Assembly: GCA_047602405.1 (NCBI GenBank)
Contig: JASGHJ010000002.1
Coordinates: 3,072,001 to 3,136,000, forward strand
Direction: 5' to 3'
Origin: Anaeromyxobacteraceae bacterium
GTDB taxonomy: Bacteria; Myxococcota; Myxococcia; Myxococcales; Anaeromyxobacteraceae
Length of the DNA: 64,000 nt
The translations under genes and the position numbers were made by a program. Numbering within the stretch: position 1 is the stretch's first letter; every line of letters starts with the position of its first letter. The notes under the pieces are model-generated. The model searched no databases, had not been told where the DNA came from, and was given only the letters and a program-made list of their open reading frames with translations. This document shows positions 39,522 to 47,534 of the stretch, in pieces.

Positions 39522-40186
39522 CCGCCCCGGCCTCCCTCCGCGGGCCCGCCCGCGCCCTGGCGCTCGCCGCCGCCCTCGCGCTCGGCCTCGGCGCCGGCCG
39601 CGCGCGGGCCGCCGCGCCGCTCCAGGTGGACCTCGCGGTCCGGGGCGACCGGCTGCAGGCGACGCTCGACCTCGCGCCCGCGTTCCCGCCGGAGGTGCTG
39701 CGCGAGCTCGGCAACGGCCTCTCGAACGTGGTCGCCGTCTACGTGGTGGTGGTGCCCGAGGGCGGCGGCGCCCCGGTCGCGGGCTACCTGCGCACCGTGG
39801 ACGTGCTCTGGGACGTCTGGGAGGAGAGCTTCGCGGTCACGGTGCGGGACCCGCGCAACCCGCGCGGCCTGCAGCTCGTGGTCCCCACCCCGGCCGGCCT
39901 GCGCGCCCTGCTCGCCTCCGCCCGCGACCTCGACCTCGGACCGGCGGCGTCGCTGCCCCCCGGCAAGCTCGTCCTCGAGGCCCGCGTCGAGCTCAACCCG
40001 GTCTCGAAGGAGCAGCTGCAGCGCACCCGCGAGTTCATCGCCTCGGCCGGCCCGCGCGCCGCGGGCGGCGGCTCCCGGTCGGTGCTCGGCGCCATGGCGA
40101 GCTTCCTCCTGCGCGAGCCGGCGGCCGACGCGGACGTCTGGAGGCTGCGCTCGAAGGCCTTCACCGCCGCCGAGGTGGCGAGGTGA
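39518..40186 (+). CDS. DUF4390-like exported protein
   Basis: Signal peptide; GTGA overlaps on both sides; WDVWEESF and ARVELNP; directly upstream of a sensor kinase. Confidence 0.65.
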   Translation: MTAPASLRGPARALALAAALALGLGAGRARAAAPLQVDLAVRGDRLQATLDLAPAFPPEVLRELGNGLSNVVAVYVVVVPEGGGAPVAGYLRTVDVLWDVWEESFAVTVRDPRNPRGLQLVVPTPAGLRALLASARDLDLGPAASLPPGKLVLEARVELNPVSKEQLQRTREFIASAGPRAAGGGSRSVLGAMASFLLREPAADADVWRLRSKAFTAAEVAR

Positions 40187-41739
40187 CCGCAGCCGGGACC
40201 TCCCCGGGCCGGCTCCGCCGCGCGCTCCGCGCCCTCCGCCCCTCCCGCTTCGAGGCGCCCATCGCCGGGGCGCTCGTGGTCGCGGCGGTGCTGCCGCTCC
40301 TCGGCGGCCTGTGGCTCGCCACCGACCTCGCGAAGCGCAACGTCGCCATCTCGCTCGAGCCGCGGGTGGTGGACCGCCTCGAGGGCATCCCGCTCCTCTA
40401 CGGCGACCTCTTCCAGGCGCGAAAGCAGCTCTACCAGGAGCAGACCCGCACGCTCTCGCGCTTCCTCCCCGAGGCGCCCGGCCGCGCGAAGGCGTACCTG
40501 GCCGAGGCCATCGAGCGCACCCCGCGCCTCCGGCGCGCGGCGTGGTACCGCGCGGACGGCACGCCGGTCGCCGAGGCCGAGGCCACCGCGCCCTTCGAGG
40601 GCGGGGAGTTCCGCCCCTGGACGGCCCGCGCGCGCCGGGCCGACGGCGGGCTCCTCGAGTGCACCTTCGCGGTCGAGGCGCGCTTCTTCGCCGAGGTGGA
40701 GGAGGCCCGCATGCTCGCCGAGCAGGTGCGCGGGCTCGAGCGCTTCTCGACCGAGGTGCCGCGCAGCTACCAGCTCGCGTTCTTCGTGCTCCTGCTCGGC
40801 ATCTCGGCCGTCGCGGCGGTGGTCGGCATCTGGCTCGCCCGCCGCACCACGAAGCGGGTCACCCGGCTCGTCGGCGCCGTGCAGCGGCTCGCCGCGGGCG
40901 ACCTCAACGTGCGGGTGGACCCCGACGGCGCGCGCGACGAGGTGCACGGCCTCGCGGTGGCGTTCAACGAGATGGTGCGCGAGGTGCGCGAGAGCCGGGA
41001 CCGGATCGTCTACCTCGAGAAGATCTCCGGCTGGCAGGAGGTCGCCCGCCGGCTCGCCCACGAGATCAAGAACCCGCTCACGCCCATCCAGCTCGCCTTC
41101 CAGCAGCTCGAGGCGCGCTGGAAGCAGTCGCCGGAGGCCTTCCGCAAGGGCGACGAGAAGTTCGGGAGGCTCGTCGAGGACGCCGGGCAGATCGTGCGCG
41201 AGGAGATCGCGACGCTCCAGCGCCTGGTGGCCGAGTTCTCGAGCTTCGCGAAGCTGCCGGAGGTGAAGCCGGACCCGGCCGACCTCGGCGACTTCGTCGA
41301 CGAGTTCCTGAAGACGAGCCCGCAGCTCGCCGAGCAGGCCCGGCTCGAGGCCGTCCACGCCGCGGGCCCCTGCCCGGTGCGGCTCGACCGCGCGCTCTTC
41401 CGGCGGGTGCTCGCGAACCTCTGCCAGAACGCGATCGAGGCCTCGCCGCCCGGGGAGGCCTGCATCCACCTCGGGGTCGCCCGCACCCGCGACCGCGGCG
41501 TCCTCACGGTGGCCGACGAGGGCCCGGGCATCGAGCGGGCGCTGCGCGAGCGCATCTTCGACCCCTACTTCACGACGAAGGGCACCGGCACGGGCCTCGG
41601 GCTCGCGATCGTGAAGAAGATCGTCCTGCAGCACGGCGGCGAGATCCAGTGCGGGGAGCGCCCGGGCGGCGGCGCGTCGTTCACCGTCGCGCTCCCGCTC
41701 GTGGCAGACTCGCCGCCGGCCAGTGACCAGGGAGGGTGA
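40183..41739 (+). CDS. Membrane sensor histidine kinase (HAMP-HisKA-HATPase, NtrY-like)
   Basis: 2 TM, HAMP DEVHGLAVAFNEM, H-box WQEVARRLAHEIKNPLTPI, NLCQNA, DEGPG, FTTKGTGTGLGL. Confidence 0.93.
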   Translation: MTAAGTSPGRLRRALRALRPSRFEAPIAGALVVAAVLPLLGGLWLATDLAKRNVAISLEPRVVDRLEGIPLLYGDLFQARKQLYQEQTRTLSRFLPEAPGRAKAYLAEAIERTPRLRRAAWYRADGTPVAEAEATAPFEGGEFRPWTARARRADGGLLECTFAVEARFFAEVEEARMLAEQVRGLERFSTEVPRSYQLAFFVLLLGISAVAAVVGIWLARRTTKRVTRLVGAVQRLAAGDLNVRVDPDGARDEVHGLAVAFNEMVREVRESRDRIVYLEKISGWQEVARRLAHEIKNPLTPIQLAFQQLEARWKQSPEAFRKGDEKFGRLVEDAGQIVREEIATLQRLVAEFSSFAKLPEVKPDPADLGDFVDEFLKTSPQLAEQARLEAVHAAGPCPVRLDRALFRRVLANLCQNAIEASPPGEACIHLGVARTRDRGVLTVADEGPGIERALRERIFDPYFTTKGTGTGLGLAIVKKIVLQHGGEIQCGERPGGGASFTVALPLVADSPPASDQGG

Positions 41740-41744
41740 AGGCG

Positions 41745-42521
41745 ATGGCTCAGGAGCTCCTCGGCAGGATCGCGCTCGTGACGGGCGCGAGCGCGGGGTT
41801 CGGCGAGGCGACCGTGAGGCGGCTCGCCGCGATGGGCGCGAAGGTCGTCGCCGCCGCGCGGCGGCGCGACCGGGTGGAGGCGCTCGCCCGCGCGGTCGGG
41901 GACGACGCGGTGCTGCCGCTCGCGCTCGACGTCCGGGACCGGGCCGCGGTGATGGCCCTGCCGGCCTCGCTGCCGGCCCCCTTCGCGGCGGTCGACGTCC
42001 TCGTCAACAACGCCGGCCTCGCCCTCGGCCTCGAGCCCGCCCACCGCGCCTCCCTCGACGAGTGGGAGACCATGATCCAGACCAACTGCCAGGCGCTCGC
42101 GACCGTCACCCGCGCCTTCCTGCCCGGCATGGTCGAGCGCGGCCGCGGCCACGTCGTGAACCTCTCCTCGGTCGCCGGCACCTACCCCTACCCGGGCGGC
42201 AACGTCTACGGCGCGACGAAGGCCTTCGTGCACCAGTTCTCGCTCAACCTCCGCGCCGACCTCCTCGGCACCGGCGTGCGCGTCACCTCCATCGAGCCGG
42301 GCATGGCCGACACCGAGTTCTCGGTGGTCCGCTTCCAGGGCGACCGCGCGAAGGCCGGCAAGGTCTACGAGGGCATGACCCCGCTCTCCGCCGACGACGT
42401 CGCCGACGCGATCGCCTGGGCGGTCACGCGGCCGCAGCACGTGAACGTCAACACGATGGAGCTCATGCCGACGCAGCAGGCCTTCTCCGCCTTCGCGGTG
42501 TCGCGCAAGCCGCAGCCCTGA
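41745..42521 (+). CDS. YdfG-like NADP-dependent short-chain dehydrogenase
   Basis: VTGASAGFG, NNAGLALG, YPGGNVYGATKAF, IEPG. Confidence 0.9.
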   Translation: MAQELLGRIALVTGASAGFGEATVRRLAAMGAKVVAAARRRDRVEALARAVGDDAVLPLALDVRDRAAVMALPASLPAPFAAVDVLVNNAGLALGLEPAHRASLDEWETMIQTNCQALATVTRAFLPGMVERGRGHVVNLSSVAGTYPYPGGNVYGATKAFVHQFSLNLRADLLGTGVRVTSIEPGMADTEFSVVRFQGDRAKAGKVYEGMTPLSADDVADAIAWAVTRPQHVNVNTMELMPTQQAFSAFAVSRKPQP

Positions 42522-42531
42522 GCCAGCCGGG

Positions 42532-42650
42532 CCCCCGGCACCGTCCGTCCCCCGGCACCGTCCGTCCCCCAGCACCGTCCGTCCCCCAGCACCGTCCGTT
42601 CCCCAGCACCGTCCGTTCCCCAGCACCGTCCGTTCCCCAGCACCGTTCGT
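42532..42650 (+). repeat. Tandem repeat, 7 x 17 bp (YCCCCRGCACCGTYCGT)
   Basis: Units start at 42532, 42549, 42566, 42583, 42600, 42617 and 42634, with no spacers. Confidence 0.95.
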
Positions 42651-42660
42651 CCCGAGCGTA

Positions 42661-42680
42661 GGGCCCGCGTCAGCGGGCCC
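42661..42680. other. Short perfect hairpin
   Basis: GGGCCCGC-GTCA-GCGGGCCC. Confidence 0.5.
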
Positions 42681-42731
42681 GGAGACGAGGGACGCCCGTG
42701 CTGATCCCCTCTCCTGGTGGCGTTTCCGATG

Positions 42732-43001
42732 GGCCGCCTCGCGGGGTCTCTCCGCTCCTCGGGCGCAAGGCAAAGGCCCGCCGCGTCGGGGAGCCTGGAG
42801 GCGGCGCCGAGGACGGGCAGGCCGCGGCACCACCACGCGCGCCGGGCGAGACGGGGGAACGTTGGGGAACGTGGCAGAAGCGCGTCGATGATGGAGGTGC
42901 GGTGCTGGCCGCCTCGCCCGTCACGCTTGGTGCAGATCGCGGCTCCGATCTCGGGCGGGCCTGCCGGCGCCCTGCGGGGCGGAGAGACCCCGCAGGCGGC
43001 C
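42732..43001 (+). repeat. Structured ~270-bp element with terminal inverted repeats, copy A (MITE/REP-like or ncRNA)
   Basis: Ends GGCCGCCTCGCGGGGTCTCTCCGC and GCGGAGAGACCCCGCAGGCGGCC are near-perfect complements; homologous to the reverse complement of 43097-43338. Confidence 0.75.
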
Positions 43002-43096
43002 TACGAAGCGTGGAGATGTGGTGAGGCCGAGACACGAGCGGGGGAGCGACGAAGGTATCGCCGGGCCTCTCCCGCCCCCACGCCACCGCCCCTCGC

Positions 43097-43338
43097 GGCC
43101 GATCGCTGGGCCTCTCCGCCCGGAGGGCCCTCGGCAGGCCCGCCCAACATCGGAGCCGCGATCTGCGCGGAGCGTGCCAGGCGAATCACGGTGCCCTCAC
43201 CTCCACGGTAAGGTCCCGCTCGCCTGGCACGCGTGGACGCGCCGCGGGTCACCACCAGCTCCGTACCGCCTACCAGGATCCCCACGCGGCGGGCCTTTGC
43301 CCAAGGGCCCGAGGACGGAGAGGCCCAGCGAGGAGGCC
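43097..43338 (-). repeat. Structured ~242-bp element with terminal inverted repeats, copy B (inverted relative to copy A)
   Basis: CGCTGGGCCTCTCCG and CGGAGAGGCCCAGCG termini; internal 13-bp stem GCGTGCCAGGCGA/TCGCCTGGCACGC; two exact 18-nt matches to copy A. Confidence 0.75.
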
Positions 43339-43460
43339 GCCACGGTGACGACGGCAGGACCGCCGGGGAAGGATCGAACGATCCGGCTGGCCGCCACGGT
43401 GACTGCGGCAGGACCGCGGCAGGACCGCCGGGGAAGGATCAGTCGATCCTGCTGGCCGCC
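43335..43460 (+). repeat. Imperfect ~54-bp direct repeat overlapping the sigma factor 3' end
   Basis: GGCCGCCACGGTGAC...GCAGGACCGCCGGGGAAGGATC...GATCC.GCT at 43335-43388 and 43389-43453; the second copy has an extra 11-bp duplication. Confidence 0.85.
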
Positions 43461-44339
43461 TCGGCGCCGTCCGGCCAGCCGATCTGCTCGGCGACCGGCT
43501 CGAGCTCGCGGCGGAGCTTCTCGAGCGCCCGGATCTCGAGCTGGCGGGCGCGCTCGCGCGAGAAGCCGAAGTGGTGGCCGAGGTCGCGCAGGGTCTCCTT
43601 GCCGTCGCCCATGATGCGCGCCTGGATGATGTGCCGCTCCCGCGGGTCCAGGCGGGCCATGGCCTCCTGGATGCGCCGGGCCACGAGGGCCTCCTCCTCG
43701 GCGCGCGCGAGCTCCTCGTCCTGGGGCTCGGCCTCGGCGGGGGTGAACTCGAGGTGGGTGCTCGTGCCGTCGGCGACCGGGGCGTCGAGGGAGAGGTCGC
43801 GCCCCTCCATCCGCTGCTGCATCTCGACGACGTCGGACGGGCGCACGCGGAGCTTCTTCGCGACGAGGTTGACGTCGAGCCCCTCCGACTCGAGCCCCTT
43901 GCCGGGCGTCATGCGCTCGATCTCGTGCCGGGTGCGGGCCAGCGAGAAGAAGCTTCCGCTGGGCCTGGGTCGTCCCGATCTTCACGAGCGACCAGGACTT
44001 CAGGATGTGGTTCTGGATGTAGGCGCGGATCCACCAGACCGCGTACGAGATGAGGCGGATCTCCTTGTCGGGATCGAACTTCTGGACCGCCTTCATGAGG
44101 CCGATGTTGCCCTCCTGGATGAGGTCCGCCATGCGCAGGCCGTAGGAGCGGTATTCGAAGGCGACCTTCACCACGAAGCGCAGGTTCGCCTCGACGAGGC
44201 GGTGGGCCGCGCGGCCGTCGCCCTGGTCGCGGAACTGGCGGGCGAGGCTCCGCTCCTCCTCCACGGTGAGGAGCTTCACGCGGTTGATCTCGCGGAGGTA
44301 CTGGTCGAGCGTGCTCGTGCTGGTCGGCGTCCGGTTCAT
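43439..44339 (-). CDS. RpoH/sigma32-family RNA polymerase sigma factor (frameshift near 43950, probable sequence error)
   Basis: [40 protein letters not shown], RpoH box TTQAQRKL, region 4 [27 protein letters not shown]. Confidence 0.92.
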
Positions 44340-44375
44340 CGAGCCTCCTTGGCCATCCTGGACCGGCCCGACGAG

Positions 44376-44391
44376 AGCAACCCCCGTGCCG
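44376..44391 (-). promoter_or_regulatory. Sigma54-type -24/-12 promoter upstream of the RpoH-family gene
   Basis: Minus strand CGGCACG-GGGG-TTGCT versus consensus TGGCACG-N4-TTGCW; 36 nt upstream of the ATG. Confidence 0.72.
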
Positions 44392-44691
44392 GGCGGCGTT
44401 CGTCCTCCCGACGGCGGTTTCGAGGCCTCCCGCGGACGCGCCGTATGTCACTCCCTGTAACTTCGTCCGCCGCCGCGCCGTAACGCCGACAGGCCCGCCC
44501 GCCGCGGGGGCCGTCGGCCCGGCGCCCGCACGCCCCGTCACTGGGGGTGCGATACCTTCCTACCGATCGCGCCCGGGTAGGGCCCCGGCAGGCGCAGGGT
44601 GCGCGGGGTGGGGAGCGAGAGGCCCCCGCGAGCACGGCGTGCACGCGACGGGACGCCCGCCCGTGTGGTCCGGTGCGCCCCACCCGGCCGG

Positions 44692-46476
44692 TCAGGCGGC
44701 GAGCGGCAGCAGCCCGCGCGCCTGGCGGCGCACCATCGAGGCGTAGAGCCCCCCGCGGGCGACGAGCTCGGCGTGCGTGCCGGCCTCGGCGACCCGCCCG
44801 TCGGCGAGCACCACGATCCGGTCGGCGGTGAGCACCGTCGAGAGCCGGTGCGCCACCACCAGCGTCGTCCGCCCCGCCGCGACGCGGTCGAGGGCCTCCT
44901 GCACGAGCGCCTCCGACTCGGCGTCGAGGGCCGAGGTCGGCTCGTCGAGGATCAGGATTGCCGGGTCCTTGAGGAGGGCCCGCGCGATCGCGATGCGCTG
45001 GCGCTCGCCCACCGAGAGCCGCCCGCCGCGCTCGCCGACCCGGGTGTCGTAGCCCTCCGGGAGGCGCGACACGAAGCCGTGCGCGTGGGCCGCCCGGGCG
45101 GCGGCCTCGACCTCGGCGCGGGTGGCGCCGGGCCGGCCGTAGGCGATGTTCGCGTGGACCGACTCGTCGAAGAGCAGGGGATCCTGCAGCACCGTGCCGA
45201 TCTGGCGGCGGAGCGACAGCTGGCGCATGCGGCGGACGTCGACGCCGTCGATCCGGATGCGCCCCTCGGCGGGGTCGAAGAAGCGCTGCACGAGCTGCAC
45301 GAGCGTGGACTTCCCGGCGCCCGACGGGCCCACGATCGCGACCCGCTCCCCCGCCCGGACCTCGAGGTCCACCCCGCGCAGGATGGGCGGGCGGCCCGGG
45401 TGCCCGAAGTGGACGCCCTCCCAGGCGACGTCGCCGCGCAGGCCGACCACGTCGACCGCGTCCGGCGCGTCCCCGAGCGAGTCCTGCGCGTCGAGGATCC
45501 GGTAGACCTCCTCGGCGGACACCCGCGCGGCGCGCACCGTGCGGTACGCCCCGGCGAGGCCGAGCACCGGGCCGAACAGCCCGCCGACGTAGCCGAGGAA
45601 CGCGACGAGCGTGCCCACCGAGAGCTCGCCCCTCGCCACGAGCACGCCGCCGTAGGCGAGCGCCGCGAGGCGCGCGGCGAGCTGCACCGCGCTCTGCGCC
45701 GCGGAGACGCCGGTGTCGGTGCCCACGCCGCGCACGACCACGCCGTTGGCCTCGCGCACCGCGCCGAGGAAGCGCTGCTTCTCGGCGTCCTCCATGGCGA
45801 AGCTCTTCACGGTGAGGATCCCCGAGAGGACCTCGTTGAACCGCGAGTAGATGCTCACCCACCGCTCGAGGAGGGCGCGCTCGCGGCGCGCCTGGCCGGG
45901 CGCGGCGGCGCGCGCCACCAGCGCGGGGATCGGCGCGAACGCGAGCACGAGCAGCGCGAGGCGCGGCTCGAGGCGGAACATGATCACCGTGGAGAGGACC
46001 AGGTAAAGGAGGGCGGGGGCCGTGGAGAACGCGAGCTCGGCGAGCGCGGCCACCAGCCCCTGGATCGAGCGCTCCAGCCGCGTCATCGTCGCGCCCACGC
46101 CCTCGGCGCGGTGGAACTCGAGCGGGAGGCGGTGGAGCCGCCCCACCGTCGCCTCGGTGAGCCGGTAGTGGACGCCGATGCGCGTCCGCCAGGTCAGCCA
46201 GCCGGAGAGGGCCTGCATGACCTCGCGGGCGAGGCCGACCGCGGCGAGCGCGGCGAGCGCCCCGAGCGCGGGCCCGAGGCCGCCGGCGCCGAGCCGGTCG
46301 AGCACGCCGCGCAGGGCGAGCGGCTCGGCCGCGCCGGCGAGCGCGACGCCGGCGGCGAGCAGGAGGATCGCGACGACCGACCCGCGCGACGGCGCGAGGA
46401 ACTCGGCCGCGCGGCGGAGGCCGGGGCGGGTGTGGGCGGCACGCCCACTTGCACCTTCACGATTGGTGATATCCAC
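44692..46476 (-). CDS. ABC exporter, fused permease/ATPase (MsbA-like)
   Basis: N-terminal TM domain; GPSGAGKS, LSVGERQR, ILILDEPTSALD, VAHRLST. Confidence 0.93.
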   Translation of the reverse strand: MDITNREGASGRAAHTRPGLRRAAEFLAPSRGSVVAILLLAAGVALAGAAEPLALRGVLDRLGAGGLGPALGALAALAAVGLAREVMQALSGWLTWRTRIGVHYRLTEATVGRLHRLPLEFHRAEGVGATMTRLERSIQGLVAALAELAFSTAPALLYLVLSTVIMFRLEPRLALLVLAFAPIPALVARAAAPGQARRERALLERWVSIYSRFNEVLSGILTVKSFAMEDAEKQRFLGAVREANGVVVRGVGTDTGVSAAQSAVQLAARLAALAYGGVLVARGELSVGTLVAFLGYVGGLFGPVLGLAGAYRTVRAARVSAEEVYRILDAQDSLGDAPDAVDVVGLRGDVAWEGVHFGHPGRPPILRGVDLEVRAGERVAIVGPSGAGKSTLVQLVQRFFDPAEGRIRIDGVDVRRMRQLSLRRQIGTVLQDPLLFDESVHANIAYGRPGATRAEVEAAARAAHAHGFVSRLPEGYDTRVGERGGRLSVGERQRIAIARALLKDPAILILDEPTSALDAESEALVQEALDRVAAGRTTLVVAHRLSTVLTADRIVVLADGRVAEAGTHAELVARGGLYASMVRRQARGLLPLAA

Positions 46477-46504
46477 GCAGCCGGAACGCGGCGGGCGCGG
46501 GCGG

Positions 46505-47402
46505 TCATTCCCCCGCGGCGCGGTCCGGCGCGGGCCGGGCGGGCGAGCCCGCGCCCGGGAGCGCCTCGAGCTGCCGGGCGTGCGCGCGGGCTGTGCGCGC
46601 GATGGTGCGGAAGTCCTGGAGCTGGTGCCCGAGCCGGTCGAGGCACTCCCGCGTCTCCTGGATCACCTCGAGCACCTCGCCCCTGTCGGCCTCGAGGCGG
46701 TCCTGCTCGGCGGCCTCGCGCAGCCAGTCGAGGTTGCAGCGCATGGAGGCGAGCGGGTTCGACATGTCGTGCGCGCAGCTCGCCGCCTTCGTGCCCGCGG
46801 CCGCGAGCTGCTCGACCTCGACCTGCCGCTGCTGGCTGGCGGCGAGCGCCTCGAGGGCGCGTGCGCGGTCCGCGGCGAGCCCGATCTCGGCGGCGCGCAC
46901 GCGGCGGGCGGAGACCGCCCCCAGCACCGCGAGCGTGCCGGAGGTGGCCGCCCGGATGAGAATCCATCCCCGCGTCCCAGGCGCCGCCGCCGCCGAGCAG
47001 GCGGGTCGTCACGACCGCGACCCCGGTGACGACGGTGGCGAAGACGAGCGAGCGGGTCGCGTCCGGGACGAGGAGCGCGAAGAAGATGGGGGCGACGAGG
47101 AGGTAGACGCGCGCGGCGGTGCGCGCCCCGCCGGTCACGTCGATGACCGCGAGCGCCGCGATGGTCACGAGGAAGCACGCGTCCACGACCGGCTCGGTCA
47201 GGCGCGAGGGCCGCGCGAGGAGCCTGGCCGAGACGAAGAGCGCGCCCGCCCACGCCAGCCGCGCGACGAGGATGATCCCGGAGTCCGGCGCGCCCCGGAG
47301 CGCCTCGGCGGTCGCGAAGACGAGCAGCACGCAGCCGCCCACGAACGCGATCCGGCTGCGGACCCGCGCGGTCTCCTCGATGGGCAGGCCAGTGTGCGGC
47401 AC
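46505..47402 (-). CDS. Multi-TM protein with HisKA/DHp helix pair but no ATPase domain (frameshift at 46960-46964)
   Basis: Hydrophobic N-terminal frame joins LIRAATSGTLAVLG...AASCAHDMSNPLASMRCNL after removing one base; about 298 aa. Confidence 0.65.
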
Positions 47403-47534
47403 CTTGCAATCATGCTCTGAACCGCGGGCGCCGCCTGTCCCCTGTCCTTGGCTAGTCCGGTCGGGGAGCGTCAGCGGATTGACGGCGAGTAAGATCGCAG
47501 GCGTACCGGGACGTTCACCGCGCCGCGCGATCGC

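Noticed and set aside
42532..42650. CRISPR array
   Set aside because: The repeats are 17 bp, directly abutting with no unique spacers, and there are no cas genes in the window.
42732..43338. Autonomous IS element, tRNA, tmRNA, RNase P RNA or known riboswitch
   Set aside because: No transposase ORF and no hallmark motifs that I could recognise; an Rfam/ISfinder search is still required.
42670..43614. Protein-coding ORFs in the structured intergenic region
   Set aside because: Six-frame translations are low-complexity with no motifs; the inverted repeat structure explains the region better.
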